DNA from: Octopus vulgaris
Lineage: Eukaryota
DNA length: 64,000 bases
NCBI GenBank assembly: GCA_951406725.2
Contig: OX597814.1
Coordinates: 224,502,001-224,566,000, forward strand
Direction: 5' to 3'
Part shown: in pieces, positions 1 to 12,064 of the stretch
How positions within the stretch are numbered: position 1 is the first letter of the stretch
How the letters are laid out: each line of letters starts with the position of its first letter
Translations under genes and position numbers: made by a program
Notes under the pieces: model-generated
What the model was told of the DNA's origin: nothing
Databases searched by the model: none
What the model saw: only the letters and a program-made list of their open reading frames with translations

Positions 1-2
1 TA

Positions 3-68
3 GGCAAGGATGTATGGTCCTCAAGAAACCACGATCTCAACCCGTTGAATTTTTCTGTTTGGTCCATT
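3..68 (+). mobile_element. Tc1/mariner-superfamily transposase fragment
   Basis: Translates as GKDVWSSRNHDLNPLNFSVWSI, a decayed WPxxSPDLNPLDFxVW catalytic-domain motif; cut by the window edge. Confidence 0.6.
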
Positions 69-289
69 TATCCACCCCGAAAGGATGGAAGGCAAAGATG
101 ACCGAGGTGAAAGTTAAATTGTGAATGCAATGTGCCAGAAAACTTAATACGAATTGATATTAATAAATATTGCAAGACATTTAATCCGACGCATCTGAAT
201 TTTCTGTTGGTACTAATGGAGTTCATCATCTTGAACTAATGATGGTTTTTATGAGATATCAAAAATGCCTTTGTTTCATAAGCGTGGAG

Positions 290-460
290 CTAAATCTTGG
301 TTTCGGATTTTGCTACAAAGCCAGCAACTTCGGGGAGGAGGCAAATCGATTGCATCGATCCCAGTGCTCAACCGGTCCTTATTTGATCGACTTCGAAAGG
401 GTAAAATGTAAAGTCGAAGTCGGTAGAATTTGGACTGAGAACGTAGAGGTGGACGAAGCA
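290..460 (-). mobile_element. Diverged copy of SINE family 1
   Basis: Degenerate match to the core (atcgacc...aaagtcga...gaattt...agaacgta) seen intact at 7714-9041. Confidence 0.6.
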
Positions 461-715
461 TTTTATTGCCTTCATGCCTTTCCTTGGACACATTATCCAT
501 TCGTCTTCTTACTGACTTACCGACATTGGTTCTTGCGAATGATATAAATTATTAAAATACTAATAATTTATCTGATTTAAAAAAGAAAAGCAGATTCTTA
601 TGTAAACCATGAACGAAATCATCCATGAAATAGCTTCACTGAAATAATCTATTTGTAAAATATTTGCATTTCAATTGTCAGGAAATGCTATGTAAGGAGT
701 TTTCACTTAAATACA

Positions 716-771
716 AACATACATGCATGCATACATACATACATACATACATACATACATACATACATACA

Positions 772-802
<31 letters not shown>

Positions 803-828
803 GTACGTGTGTGTGTGTGTGTGTGTGT
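716..828. repeat. (TACA)n followed by (TG)n microsatellite
   Basis: Direct reading. Confidence 0.95.
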
Positions 829-2229
829 AGAAACCATTAATGTAAAGTCATGAAACAGTAGTCGCATTACATTTTACTTGAAAGGGGCTCTGCAATTTAT
901 GGCGCTCGAAGTCAGTAAAATAAATATTATCTGTAAACTTCACCTCTGCGGTTGATTTATGCAGCATATTAACTCTCTGTTGTGTAATATTATCGGATTA
1001 TTTTATTATTCTTTTATTTCTAAATATGTTTTCAAGCTACGTTTTTTTTTTCTCTCTCTTCATCTTCCAAGAAAGTCTGAAATCTTCAGAGTTGGAACAG
1101 ACTATGACCGATTGGTTCCCTGGAGTGAACAAACAAACAAGTTAGCGAGCAGACATGAAGGATATCTCCAAATTTATGACTACAACAGTTGAGAGTTATT
1201 TTTACAAATAATCTTTTGGAAATCGCCTTTAAACTACTACGATGTAAGATGAGCTTTTAGTTATTTTGACAGAAAAATTATTTAAAGAATCTTCGGTTCT
1301 CAAACTGCTTTTATGCTTTGAAAATTCTCAGTAGATCTTTTTAGTTTACAAAATAAAAAAGATAAATAATATCTACATCCAGCTTTTTTTCGTGATAGAG
1401 GGAAAATATAGGTTACTTGCATCCAGTTATAGAAATGATGTGGGAGTAGGTGTGTATTAGCAAGTTTATTTTTAACGTGTTTAATGTTGGCATTAAAGAG
1501 AACAAATTGTTTATTGGTTATTCTTTGTTAAGTTTCTGCCAAGTAAACTATATCGGTTCCTTCTGACAGTCATTGAGAGATCTCATTGCATTACTGATTA
1601 CGCACAACAAACACAATCGAGAAAAAACAGTACCACTTGGTTAAAGTGATTGAATGAAATACTGTAGTTCTTTTATATCTGTGTGTATATAAAGAACCAA
1701 AACGTATTGGATGTTACACATATAAGGAATGTAAATATATAGTTTTGTTTGCATAGTAAATAAGATTTTCTTTCACTGATTGCCATAAGAATGCTGTGAA
1801 TGCAACATGGTTGAATATTAAGGTTGTTCAGAAATGAGTGTATTAAAAAGAAAATTTTCCTTGTTCTTCTTAGCGACATCAGTTCCGGAACATTAAGGCT
1901 ATGCTACTTACTTTAAAATCTTTCAATAAGTTCATAATGTCGGTAAATAAAACGGATAAAGAAAGAATAAAAACTATCCACAAAACAAGTTTCTGAACAC
2001 GTTTTGGGTGAGAAATATAAAAGAGAAAAGGACAATATAAATTTATCTTATGCAGATATTTTTTTGCTTGGCTTGAAAGAGGCTGTGACCATGATTTTCG
2101 TGGGCTCTTTCCCAACTAAGGAAACTGATGCTGTTACCATTCCACTTAAACTGTTGCATGTCAACGACATGCAAAAGTGTACGTACGAAAAGGCTTGAGA
2201 GGGAAGATATTTCTAGATAATGAACGTTC

Positions 2230-2560
2230 TTGGGAAGAAGGATTCGACTTAGTGGTTAATGTAATGCCCGGATGCTAGGAGAAGACAAGATTAGCCAGCT
2301 CCGAGTTGTAAAGGCAACTATTATAGCAGCAGTAGAAAAGGCACAAAGAAAAGACAGTATATCTGTTTGGCGATCGTCTGTGAGAGACTTAATTCTAGTC
2401 AGTCGCACGACCTTTTCTGGATGCTTTATAGGTTGTCTTAGTGTGCAGCAGCTGTGTTAAAAATATGGGAACAATACTCATTTATGGGTGTTACGTGAGC
2501 TTTGTTGAAGGATAATAATTGTTGAGGATAAAATATTTTCTGGCTCTGTATTGAAAGCCA
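2230..2560 (-). pseudogene. Decayed CR1/Jockey-group LINE ORF2 C-terminal fragment
   Basis: Across frameshifts the minus strand gives KAHVTP-EYCSHIF...IQK...RL, resembling the LYKAxIRPxxEYCSxIW...IQ region. Confidence 0.5.
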
Positions 2561-2824
2561 GTTTTTAAGGATTAGTCCTAACACACGAATTCACATCGAT
2601 AATATTGCAAAACGAAACAATATACAGGCATCGTATTACCACAACATTTATGAATACAACGAAAATCAAGTTATACGGTGCGACAGTTTGTTCGCTCAGA
2701 TGGTGGCATAAACATTCTGAAAAGAGTCGTCATAATAGGAAATAAAATATGGACGTGGAAATAAGAAAAATTAAAGACAACTATCATTTTGGACTTAATC
2801 ATCGGCTTCGAAAATTAAAGCCAT

Positions 2825-2893
<69 letters not shown>

Positions 2894-2894
2894 C

Positions 2895-3176
2895 ACCACG
2901 GACTCTCCCGTCATTAGACGACGTATGAAGGTTCGGCAATTTTTGCCGAAGAACCACTCAGATAATATGTTTATACTGATCAAATGTTTGTGTTCGCATT
3001 AGTTCATTCCCTCCATCAAATCAACAACACCTGTACAGGTGCAACGGGTGCAACATGTCAGATGACGAAATGATGGCAAAGCAACGTGAATTGAAGAGCA
3101 CAACGCAACGCTCAGTCTTGGAATCGAAACCACTATCTTGCAATTGTTAGTGCAACCACTAAGACGTGCGTCTTCA
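2895..3176 (-). mobile_element. Old tRNA-derived SINE
   Basis: Minus-strand head tagtggtt...ggtttcgattcc (A/B-box-like); tail resembles gtcgtc..gacgg.gagt of family 2; ends at a (TG)n tract. Confidence 0.55.
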
Positions 3177-3353
3177 TTACATATATATTTATATGTCTGA
3201 CTAGCAGGATGAAGCGGCTGACCTCCCCTGTTCGAAAGTCTATAATGGACGCAGATTGTGTGTCAAATAGCTAGCTTGAGGCGGTGGCCTCTTGGAGCTA
3301 ATCATCGACAGCTTTAGTCTTATATTTATAAGATTGCCATATTAGTATGGCGA

Positions 3354-3400
<47 letters not shown>

Positions 3401-3540
3401 TATGATAATATATTAATAAAAGGAATTCCAACCTTGTCTGATTTTCACGTTTTATTTACAATCTTATAATGATATACAATAAGATAATATAATATAATAA
3501 AATAAAATAAAATAATAGAATGTTAAATGTTCATTCTGAT

Positions 3541-3585
3541 TGAACTAGTACTTTCATGCATTAAATTATGCAATCTTCAGGTTCA
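3541..3585 (-). ncRNA. Minimal type I hammerhead ribozyme motif (Penelope-type)
   Basis: Minus strand: UGAAC-CUGAAGA-U-UGCAU-aauuua-AUGCA-U-GAA-AGUACU-A-GUUCA. Stem I UGAAC/GUUCA, intact core, stem II UGCAU/AUGCA, palindromic stem III AGUACU, CUA cleavage triplet. Confidence 0.8.
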
Positions 3586-3661
3586 TGTAGTAGTGGTGAC
3601 AGTCATGCTTCACAATTTTTGACTCAAAAATTGTGAAGCATGACTGTCACCACTACTACAT
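3585..3661. repeat. Perfect inverted repeat, 38-bp arms with 1-nt spacer
   Basis: 3585-3622 is the exact reverse complement of 3624-3661. Confidence 0.97.
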
Positions 3662-3750
3662 ACCAGCCTCCCCTCTCCATGCCACCGATGTTATCCTAGG
3701 GAAAGGCAAAAGCCGATACAGCTTGGCACCAGTGACGTCGCAGCTCATTT
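3659..3750 (-). mobile_element. Internal fragment of SINE family 3
   Basis: cataccagcctcccctctcc...cttggcaccagtgacgtcgc matches 35990-36080 and the reverse complement of 44365-44460. Confidence 0.85.
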
Positions 3751-3751
3751 A

Positions 3752-4045
3752 TTAACGTGCAAGTGACTGAGCACTCCACAGACATGTGTACCCTTAACAG
3801 CGTGATTCAGGGTGTGACAAGGCTGGCCCTTTGAACTACAGGTACAACAGAAACAGGAAGAAACAGTGAGAGAAAGTTGTGATGAAAGAGTACAGCAGGG
3901 TTCACCACCACCCCCTGCCGGAGCCCCGTGGAGCTTTTTAGGTGTTTTCGTTCAATAAACACTCTCAATGCCCGGTCCGAGAATCGAAACCGCGATCCTA
4001 CGACCACGAGTCTGATGCCCTAACCACTAGGTCATTGCGCCTACA
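3752..4045 (-). mobile_element. tRNA-derived SINE family 2, 3'-truncated
   Basis: Head ggcgcaatgacctagtggttagggc...ggtttcgattc; near-colinear with 19672-20060 and 27832-28212. Confidence 0.9.
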
Positions 4046-4163
4046 CACATGCACACACACAAACACACACACACATATATATATATATTTACATATATAT
4101 ATATACATATATATACATATATATACATACATACATACATACATACATACATACATACATACA

Positions 4164-4194
<31 letters not shown>

Positions 4195-4207
4195 GTATAT
4201 ATATATA

Positions 4208-7021
4208 TTAAATACAAAAATAGGACAAGAATGCAAAACATCCAGACAGACGATACAAAGAAAACAAGAACGGGTCATTCGGAGCTTTCTATGATTATCT
4301 TTGCAATTTATGCTGGTTATACTCGAGGTTGCTCCAATCTGGCCAGCCCCAAGGAAAACCTAAGCTAAGAGCATTAGATTCCTTGGAAGAAAGCAGCGAA
4401 TGTATAAGAAAACAAAGACGGAAAAAACAGAGAATATTACACAAATACAAATGCAAATAACAGCACATAACAACAGGTGTCTTTCGACTAAGGACGATTT
4501 AAATTAAACTGGCGTGTGTGGAAGTAAAGCCTTACGGCAGGGACATGGTATTTGGCAGGTACAGGGAAATATATAAATGTTGCACGGATGGTAGTCGAAT
4601 CAAGAAAGAAAGGTCGGTTATTTTGTTCCATACGTGTAGAAATACAGAAAAAAATAGAAGTTGAAAATGCACAGAGAATAGTTCAAATGTTTTTTATTAA
4701 TTTATTTAAAGCTTTTACAGGTTTCACGGTTAACACTGATTTTCAAAAAGTTCAAATAGAAAGACGTGGCTTATGTTACACTATCCTTGCTTCTGACTAG
4801 TATGTGAAGCTTGCCCTATTTCTATAGGGGGTTCATAGCTCAAATTAGTATATGCTTCGAATAGGATTTGATTATTAAAGGATAGTAACATGACTTGTCT
4901 TAAAAATCTTTTGTAGGTTCCCCGCTAGGTGAAATGACAATGTTTGGTGTCGTAAGTTAAGGCTGACACAGTTGACTAAACATGTCCACACAGTTAATGC
5001 ACCGAATGTTTTCTGTCAACAGTTTGAAGAGAATGAACAGAGGATGAAGCTTATAACGTTTTGCACGTTTCCCGCTACGTCTGTGCGTTACTGTCATGTG
5101 AGAGTATATTTTGCGCCTAAAAGAAGACCGTCACGGTTGAGTGAACATGTTTAGCTATAATCAAGGAACTCCAAATTTAATCTGTCTGGTGGGAGAGTGG
5201 ACAGGAGTCGTTCGTAGTCCACTGGCTAAAGTTAAGGTTGTTAGCTTTGTAGATTCCTTGTGATAAGTGGCAGAATGAGATTTGGTTGTGAATAGTTATT
5301 TGTGTATGTGCTCTGTTAAAGTTTGTTATGTCTTGGTTTGTATTTTTGTTTGAAAGTATTTTCTTTGTTTATCCGTGCTTCATCTGTGGTTTTCGCTGAA
5401 CATAGTTAGTGGGAAGACCTGGAATTTGGGGGATTTATATTTTGCACATATGTCTATGTGTCCATTCCGTGGAATCTTTTTAGTACTGAGTTCTCGTATT
5501 TGTTGTGAATGGTCAGACTGTTTCTTAGAATAAGTTTTGTTTCACCTATATAATCTTCATTACATCTTTGTCATTTGATAACGTATATGAAATTCCTTGA
5601 AGAACACGTGATTTTTTTTACGGTATAAGTCTCTCTTGATTTCAATTTGTATGCTGTGTCTTCAATAAGGTTGATGCAGGTCCTGCAATCGAGGCGACTA
5701 CACTTTTTGACTGTGTAGGAACTGTGTGTATGTGTGTGTGTGTGTGTGTGTGTGGGGGGGTTTATCGCACTTGTGAGGAGTTTTTTGAGGGACTTTGATT
5801 GTCCTTTACTTTTGAATATTTTGTGTATTTCGAATGCTTGTTTCATTCTTCGGTCTTGCTTTAGTAGTAGCATGTTCTGGTGGATAATATTGTAAACGTC
5901 TGTTTCATGGGCTGTGTGTTGTAATAAAGGGTAGAGTATTGGATGTATCTGGAGCGTTTATCGTTTTCCGTACTTCTTCGATATTTATTGCCTTGGCACG
6001 TTCTATTACATTGTCTATTAACATTAATGGATATTATCTATTAACTAGAACTTGGTTTTAGCTCCGTGAGTCTTTTGTTGCGAGTTTCAGGGTTTGAGAC
6101 AATTGTGCAGATTCTTCTTGCTAGATTAAAGAGGATCTTATTCTTCGTGTGTTTAGGATGGCATGAGGAGAACAATAAGTATTGTTTAGAAAGTGTTTGT
6201 TTGTAATGAATATCTGTTTCAATGCTTTTATCTCTTTTGATGATTAGTATATCCAGGAATGGTAGTTGAGTTTTACTGTATTCCATTGTAAAGTTAATAT
6301 TGTTTATGCTATTGATTAGATTTTTGAAATCGATAAGTTCTTCAAATGTGTGCGTCCATAGGATTAGGCAGTCATCTAAGTAACGTTTCCAGTTTCTAGT
6401 AGATATTTGTGGAAGTTCAAGCCATATATTTCGATTGTTCATATATATGGACCTCCATGTATGCCATGAATAGATTGGTGTAAGTTGGAGTAACTTTTGT
6501 CCTCATCGTAGTTCCAGATCGTTGTAAATATTGCCATCGAAGTTGTTTTAGAGAATAAACTTTAATCCTTCAGGGATGAAACTCTTTTCAGTTCTGTTTG
6601 GAATTTCTCAATTTCTCTAGTTCATATTGGTGTGGGTTTGTGGTATAGAGGTTTACCACATCAAAAGATGCAATAATGGTATCATTCTTTATGGATTTTG
6701 TGAGGTGGCTTAACAGATCCAGGTCGTCCCTCACAAGACTTGGTATGTATTTTAAATAGTTGCTGAGTCTGTGTCTTTCACAGTTCGGGCCTGCTACAAT
6801 TGGCCTAAATTTAAGGTCAGTGGGATATTGTATGATTATGCAACTTGAAGTTGGTTCTTTACATGAGAGTTTGAATTTATGGATTTTGGGGAGACCACAG
6901 AAGTAGCTAGTCTTGCAGTCAAAACGGGTTAGGTAGACACATTCTTTGGTTCTTAAAACTTTTTGATGTCTGTGAATGAGTGTGTTCAGTTTGGTCGTTG
7001 CCTTTGATTTTTGGTAATTAT
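4208..7021 (-). mobile_element. Decayed Penelope-like retroelement (RT + GIY-YIG endonuclease + 3' terminal region), 5'-truncated
   Basis: RT motifs CGLPKIHK, FRPIVAG, SFDVVNLYT, WKRYLDD, FTMEYS..LPFLD, SCHPKHTK (ORFs 6588-7076, 6041-6442). CxxxxCxxC then NFIYVIK*QRCNEDYIGET (5540-5600) is a GIY-YIG motif. Many stops and frameshifts. 4208-4450 recurs at 35010-35240 and 41300-41590. Confidence 0.92.
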
Positions 7022-7102
7022 TCATCTTTTCGTCGTGATATAGATAGTGTATATATATACATACATATATATACATATATATATATGTGTGTGTGTGTGT
7101 GT

Positions 7103-7162
<60 letters not shown>

Positions 7163-7166
7163 GTAC

Positions 7167-7250
<84 letters not shown>

Positions 7251-7713
7251 ATCTAACGATCACGATTTCGGCCTAATTTGTTCATATCTTTGGTGCGACA
7301 AGAACCGTGAATATTTCCTCAATTTTACTGCCTATATATATCCTTAATAATATCCAGAGTAATTGTTATCCATCCATTCATCCATCCATCCCATACATAC
7401 ATACATCATATTATGTTAAATTATGTTATATATACTCTGTATGTAGAAATGTGTTTGCCACTCTATATGTGAGCGTGAGAATGGGAGTGGGTTTGCTCAA
7501 TCGACCATATATTCTCACCACACCTAAATGCTCTCAGTAGTTTTATTAAACTTCTCCACATCCTGTAAAGTGTTGTTTTACATCAAGCTATTTTGTTATT
7601 GAAACTTCATCGCCGCCTTCTTCCTCTTTCTCTTCTGTGATTCGTCACAATTATCATCATCATCATCATCATCATTATTATCATTATTATTATTATCATT
7701 ATTATTATTATTA

Positions 7714-9041
7714 AGGCGGCGAGCTGGCAGAAACGTTGGCACGCCGGGCGAAATGCTTAGCAGTATTTCGTCTGTCTTTATGTTCAGAGTTCAAATTCCG
7801 CCGAGGTCGACTTTGCCTTTCATCCTTTCGGGGTCGATAAATAAAGTACCAGTTACGCACGGAGGTCGATGTAATCGACTTAATCCGTTTGTCTGTCCTT
7901 GTTTCTCCTCTCTGTGTTTAACCCCCTGTGGGTAATAAAGAAATAGGTATTTCGTCTGCCGTTACGGTCTGAGTTCAAATTCCGCCGAGGTCGACTTTGC
8001 CTTTCATCCTTTCGGGGTCGATGTAATCGACTTAATCCGTTTGTCTGTCCTTGTTTCTCCTCTCTGTGTTTAACCCCTTGTGGGTAATAAAGAAATAGGT
8101 ATTTCGTCTGCCGTTACTTTCTGAGTTCAAATTCCGCCGAGGTCGACTTTGCCTTTCATCCTTTCGGGGTCGATTAAATAAGTACCAGTTACGCACGGAG
8201 GTCGATATAATCGACTTAATCCGTTTGTATGTCCTTGTTTGTCCTCTCTGTGTTTAGCCCCTCGTGGGTAGTAAAGAAATAGGTATTTCGTCTGCCGTTA
8301 CGTTCTGAGTTCAAATTCCGCCGAGGTCGACTTTGCCTTTCATCCTTTCGGGGTCGATTAAATAAGTACCAGTTACGCACGGAGGTCGATATAATCGACT
8401 TAATCCGTTTGTATGTCCTTGTTTGTCCTCTCTGTGTTTAGCCCCTCGTGGGTAGTAAAGAAATAGGTATTTCGTCTGCCGTTACGTTCTGAGTTCAAAT
8501 TCCGCCGAGGTCGACTTTGCCTTTCATCCTTTCGGGGTCGATTAAATAAGTACCAGTTACGCACGGAGGTCGATATAATCGACTTAATCCGTTTGTATGT
8601 CCTTGTTTGTCCTCTCTGTGTTTAGCCCCTCGTGGGTAGTAAAGAAATAGGTATTTCGTCTGCCGTTACGTTCTGAGTTCAAATTCCGCCGAGGTCGACT
8701 TTGCCTTTCATCCTTTCGGGGTCGATTAAATAAGTACCAGTTACGCACGGAGGTCGATATAATCGACTTAATCCGTTTGTATGTCCTTGTTTGTCCTCTC
8801 TGTGTTTAGCCCCTCGTGGGTAGTAAAGAAATAGGTATTTCGTCTGCCGTTACGTTCTGAGTTCAAATTCCGCCGAGGTCGACTTTGCCTTTCATCCTTT
8901 CGGGGTCGATTAAATAAGTACCAGTTATGCACGGAGGTCGATATAATCGACTTAATCCGTTTGTATGTCCTTGTTTGTCCTCTCTGTGTTTAGCCCCTCG
9001 TGGGTAGTAAAGAAATAGGTATTTCATCCGTCGCTACGTTT
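7714..9041 (+). repeat. SINE family 1 tandem array: one head, then 7 core-tailA units, five exactly 184 bp
   Basis: Junction aaagaaatAGGTatttc at 7945, 8097, 8281, 8465, 8649, 8833, 9017. Single head aggcggcgagctggcagaaacg at 7714. The core gcctttcatcctttcggggtcgat..aagtaccag resembles the conserved central domain of MetaSINE-type SINEs (from memory). Confidence 0.95.
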
Positions 9042-9144
9042 CATATCACTAGTTTTATATTCTACATTGAAATTTTGTCTCCTTGAACTTGTATTCACAA
9101 ATCATCTGCTGTGCGTATGTGATGGCATTATTTTCCACAACAGA

Positions 9145-9355
9145 AGGCAGCGAGATGGCAGAATCGTTAGAACGCCGGGCGAAATGCTTAGTAATATAAC
9201 GTCTGTCGCTACGTTCTGAGTTCAAATTCCGCCAAGATCGACGTCGCCTTTCATCCTTTCGCGATCGATAAGTCATGTACCAGTTGAGTACTGGAGTTGT
9301 TGTAATCGACTTAATCCCCTCCCTCAAGCTCCCCTTGTGGAAAAAATTTGAAATC
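9145..9355 (+). mobile_element. SINE family 1, older single copy
   Basis: Head ggcagcgagatggcagaatcgttag plus a diverged core and tail. Confidence 0.85.
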
Positions 9356-9409
9356 ATTATTACTGTTGTCGTCGTTGTCATCATTGTCGTTGTCGTCGTC
9401 GTTGTTATA

Positions 9410-10000
9410 TTATGAAAACTCTTAGCTTTATTTTGATGGATATGATGGAAAGTGTCAGCTGCCCCCAGCCTGCAAACTAAGGTGACACTTGTTTTTTGAT
9501 CATGCTTCAAGAACTCTGCAGGGAATTCTTGCACTTCCAAGACATGGTGATTTTTGTAGGTGCTCTATCTTTACATTTGTAGGAATCTTTTTGAGCCACT
9601 TTGGCACTTGAGCGCTGTTGCTTCCAAATGCGCCATTCACTATTGGTATCACATCCACTCCCTTCATTGCCCACAACCTGCTTATTTCCTACTTCAGTTC
9701 ATCATGGCTGTTCATTTTTACTTCTTTCTCTTCGATCCTGTTCTCACCAGAACACGCTGTGTCAATTATCAGGCATTTTTTTTCCTTTTCTGTTCACCAC
9801 AACAATGTCGGGTTTCCGATGTTTAATCTAATGGTCAAACAGAATCATTGCATACCACAAGATTTTGCAATGCTCATTCTCAGTAACTCATTCTGGGATT
9901 TGATAACACCACGTCTTTGATCTTTCTAGGTCAAAATTTCCGCAAAGCTCAACAATGGATCAGTCTTGCCACATTGTCATGTCGCCTTTTGTATTCACGT
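9410..10000 (-). pseudogene. R4/Dong-clade non-LTR retrotransposon 3' fragment (restriction-like endonuclease)
   Basis: Minus strand: EYKRRHDNVARLIH...ENEHCKILW...DH*IKHRKPDIVVVN...CLIIDTAC..ENRIEEKE (RHD, KPD, D motifs). The 3' end runs into an AAC/GAC trinucleotide tract. Confidence 0.85.
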
Positions 10001-10185
10001 CAGGCGTTCACAAACGATGAGCCACGCTGTTTCACCTCTTCAGTTTCTCTCTGGTGAAAACTCCTGTCTACTTTGAGATTGAAGTTATAGAAGATTTACA
10101 AACGGATCTTCATTTGTACTCAACTGAATGAAAACGAACATATCTATTGATTTCATGACAACGACTAATATACACTTCATATATA

Positions 10186-10432
10186 CGGGGTTGGCCAAAA
10201 GTCGCTCGACAGTAAATCAGAATTCCATAAATACTTAACATTCAATTCTATTTATTCATTCCAATTATGAATGTTTAATAATTGAATGCCGTGAGTTAAA
10301 ATCACCGCTTTTTTTTTCTTCAACATTTGTCTATTTATTAGCGAAGTCTCATATTAAATAATTTGATGTTTTAATCTTGGAATTAAATGGGTTTTGATTT
10401 ACTATCAGGGGACTTTTGGTCAACCCTTCATG
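10186..10432. mobile_element. Tc1/mariner-type MITE
   Basis: Imperfect TIRs cggggttggccaaaagtc / gacttttggtcaaccct, TA at both ends, no coding capacity. Confidence 0.7.
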
Positions 10433-10437
10433 TATTC

Positions 10438-10473
<36 letters not shown>

Positions 10474-11514
10474 ATGTGTAAAGGTAAGGTCCAAAGATCA
10501 AGGTGTAAGAAGTTAATAAACTTCGAACAGTCCGTAGAAGGTATAAAAAACAACTTTCAGGAACAAAAATGGTCTATTAACGTAGAAGGTTGTAAATTTT
10601 TCCCGTATCGAAGTTCAATAAGCTGAAAAAGTTATTTTATGGTTTACGGTTAGCAGCTGGGATTCCCAAAATTAGGGAATGGAGTAGATAAAATCCAGGG
10701 TACGTGGGTTTTAAGCTAGCAGAACCTCGGAAGCAATAATTACTCAAACGAGAGGTAATCCGCTAGCTACTCATCAAGCCAAAGATACCTTAATTAAATA
10801 AAGTTTACATTGTGATCAAGGGATCCCATGTTAACTCGCAGGATATTCGATCGATGTATACATAAGTACATATGCATATATATACACATAAATATACATA
10901 CAAACACAGACACGTATATCTATATTTGCATTGTGGAGTCACTGAATGTTTTGGATCTTACAATATATACCCTTATTATTTAGGGCAAGTATAACAACAC
11001 CATATCATAAATCTCAACTTCATGTTAGCGCTGCATAATGATATCATATGTTATACACACACACACACACACACATGCTCATACATATAAATGTATGTAT
11101 AAATGCAAACACTCATATTCTAGTACATCCATACTTAAATCCTAAAAGTAATAACGCCCATAAAATAACACTGAGTGTGTATTTGTTCAATTCACCAAAG
11201 CACACGTACCAATTTTAGCTGTGGGCGTATTTTACTAGCAGTTTCTGTGAAAGTGGAGTTTTACAGAAGATCCACTTCCCATGAAATTCTCCCGATGGAT
11301 CAACGCTTGAAAACCAGCCAGTTAATCTCAGATGACGTGACATAAAATACAAGTTTGTAATGGAATTGGTTAGGCCCAGTATGAATTTATAAATGCATTA
11401 AACTTTAGCAATATTTTCCCTGTATTCTGTATTTGTTGTACAGGATGATGTTACCAGCTATTAACAAAAACAACAACCAGGATAATAATAATTATATTAA
11501 TGATAATAGTAAAT

Positions 11515-11909
11515 CCTTTCTATTACAGGCACAAGGCCTGAAATTTCGGGGAGGGAACCAGTCGATTATATCGACCCCAGTGTTTCACTGGTACTTAATT
11601 CATTGACTCTGAAAGAATTAAAGGCAAAGTTGACATCGGTGGCATTTGAACTCAGGACGTAAAGACGGACGAAATACCTATTTCTTTACTACCCACAAGG
11701 GGCTAAACACAGAGGGGACAAACAAGGACAGACAAACGGATTGAGTCGATTATATCGACCCCAGTGCGTAACTGGTACTTAATTTATCGACCCCGAAAGG
11801 ATGAAAGTCAAAGTCGACCTCGGCGGAATTTGAATTCAGAACGTAACGGCAGACGAAATACGGCTACGCATTTCGCCCGGCGTGCTAACGTTTCCGCCAG
11901 CTCGCCGCC
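11515..11909 (-). mobile_element. SINE family 1 dimer (head-core-tailA-core-tailB)
   Basis: Same gaaatagg/tatttcgtc junction near 11675; the distal core is more diverged. Confidence 0.9.
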
Positions 11910-12064
11910 GTGATATTAATGACAATGATAGAGAACCTTTACTGAAAAACCTATTACATGTTTATTTAGTTATCAGGGATGTTATCTTCAAGTTTAGCAA
12001 CAAGTCTCTTCAAACCTCCAGATTCTTTCTTGGGATTCTTGCAAAATATAGGAAGGTAAAGAAA

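Noticed and set aside
7945-9016. Regular repeat array as a possible CRISPR
   Set aside because: Units are contiguous 184-bp near-identical SINE segments without unique spacers; no cas genes; eukaryotic context.
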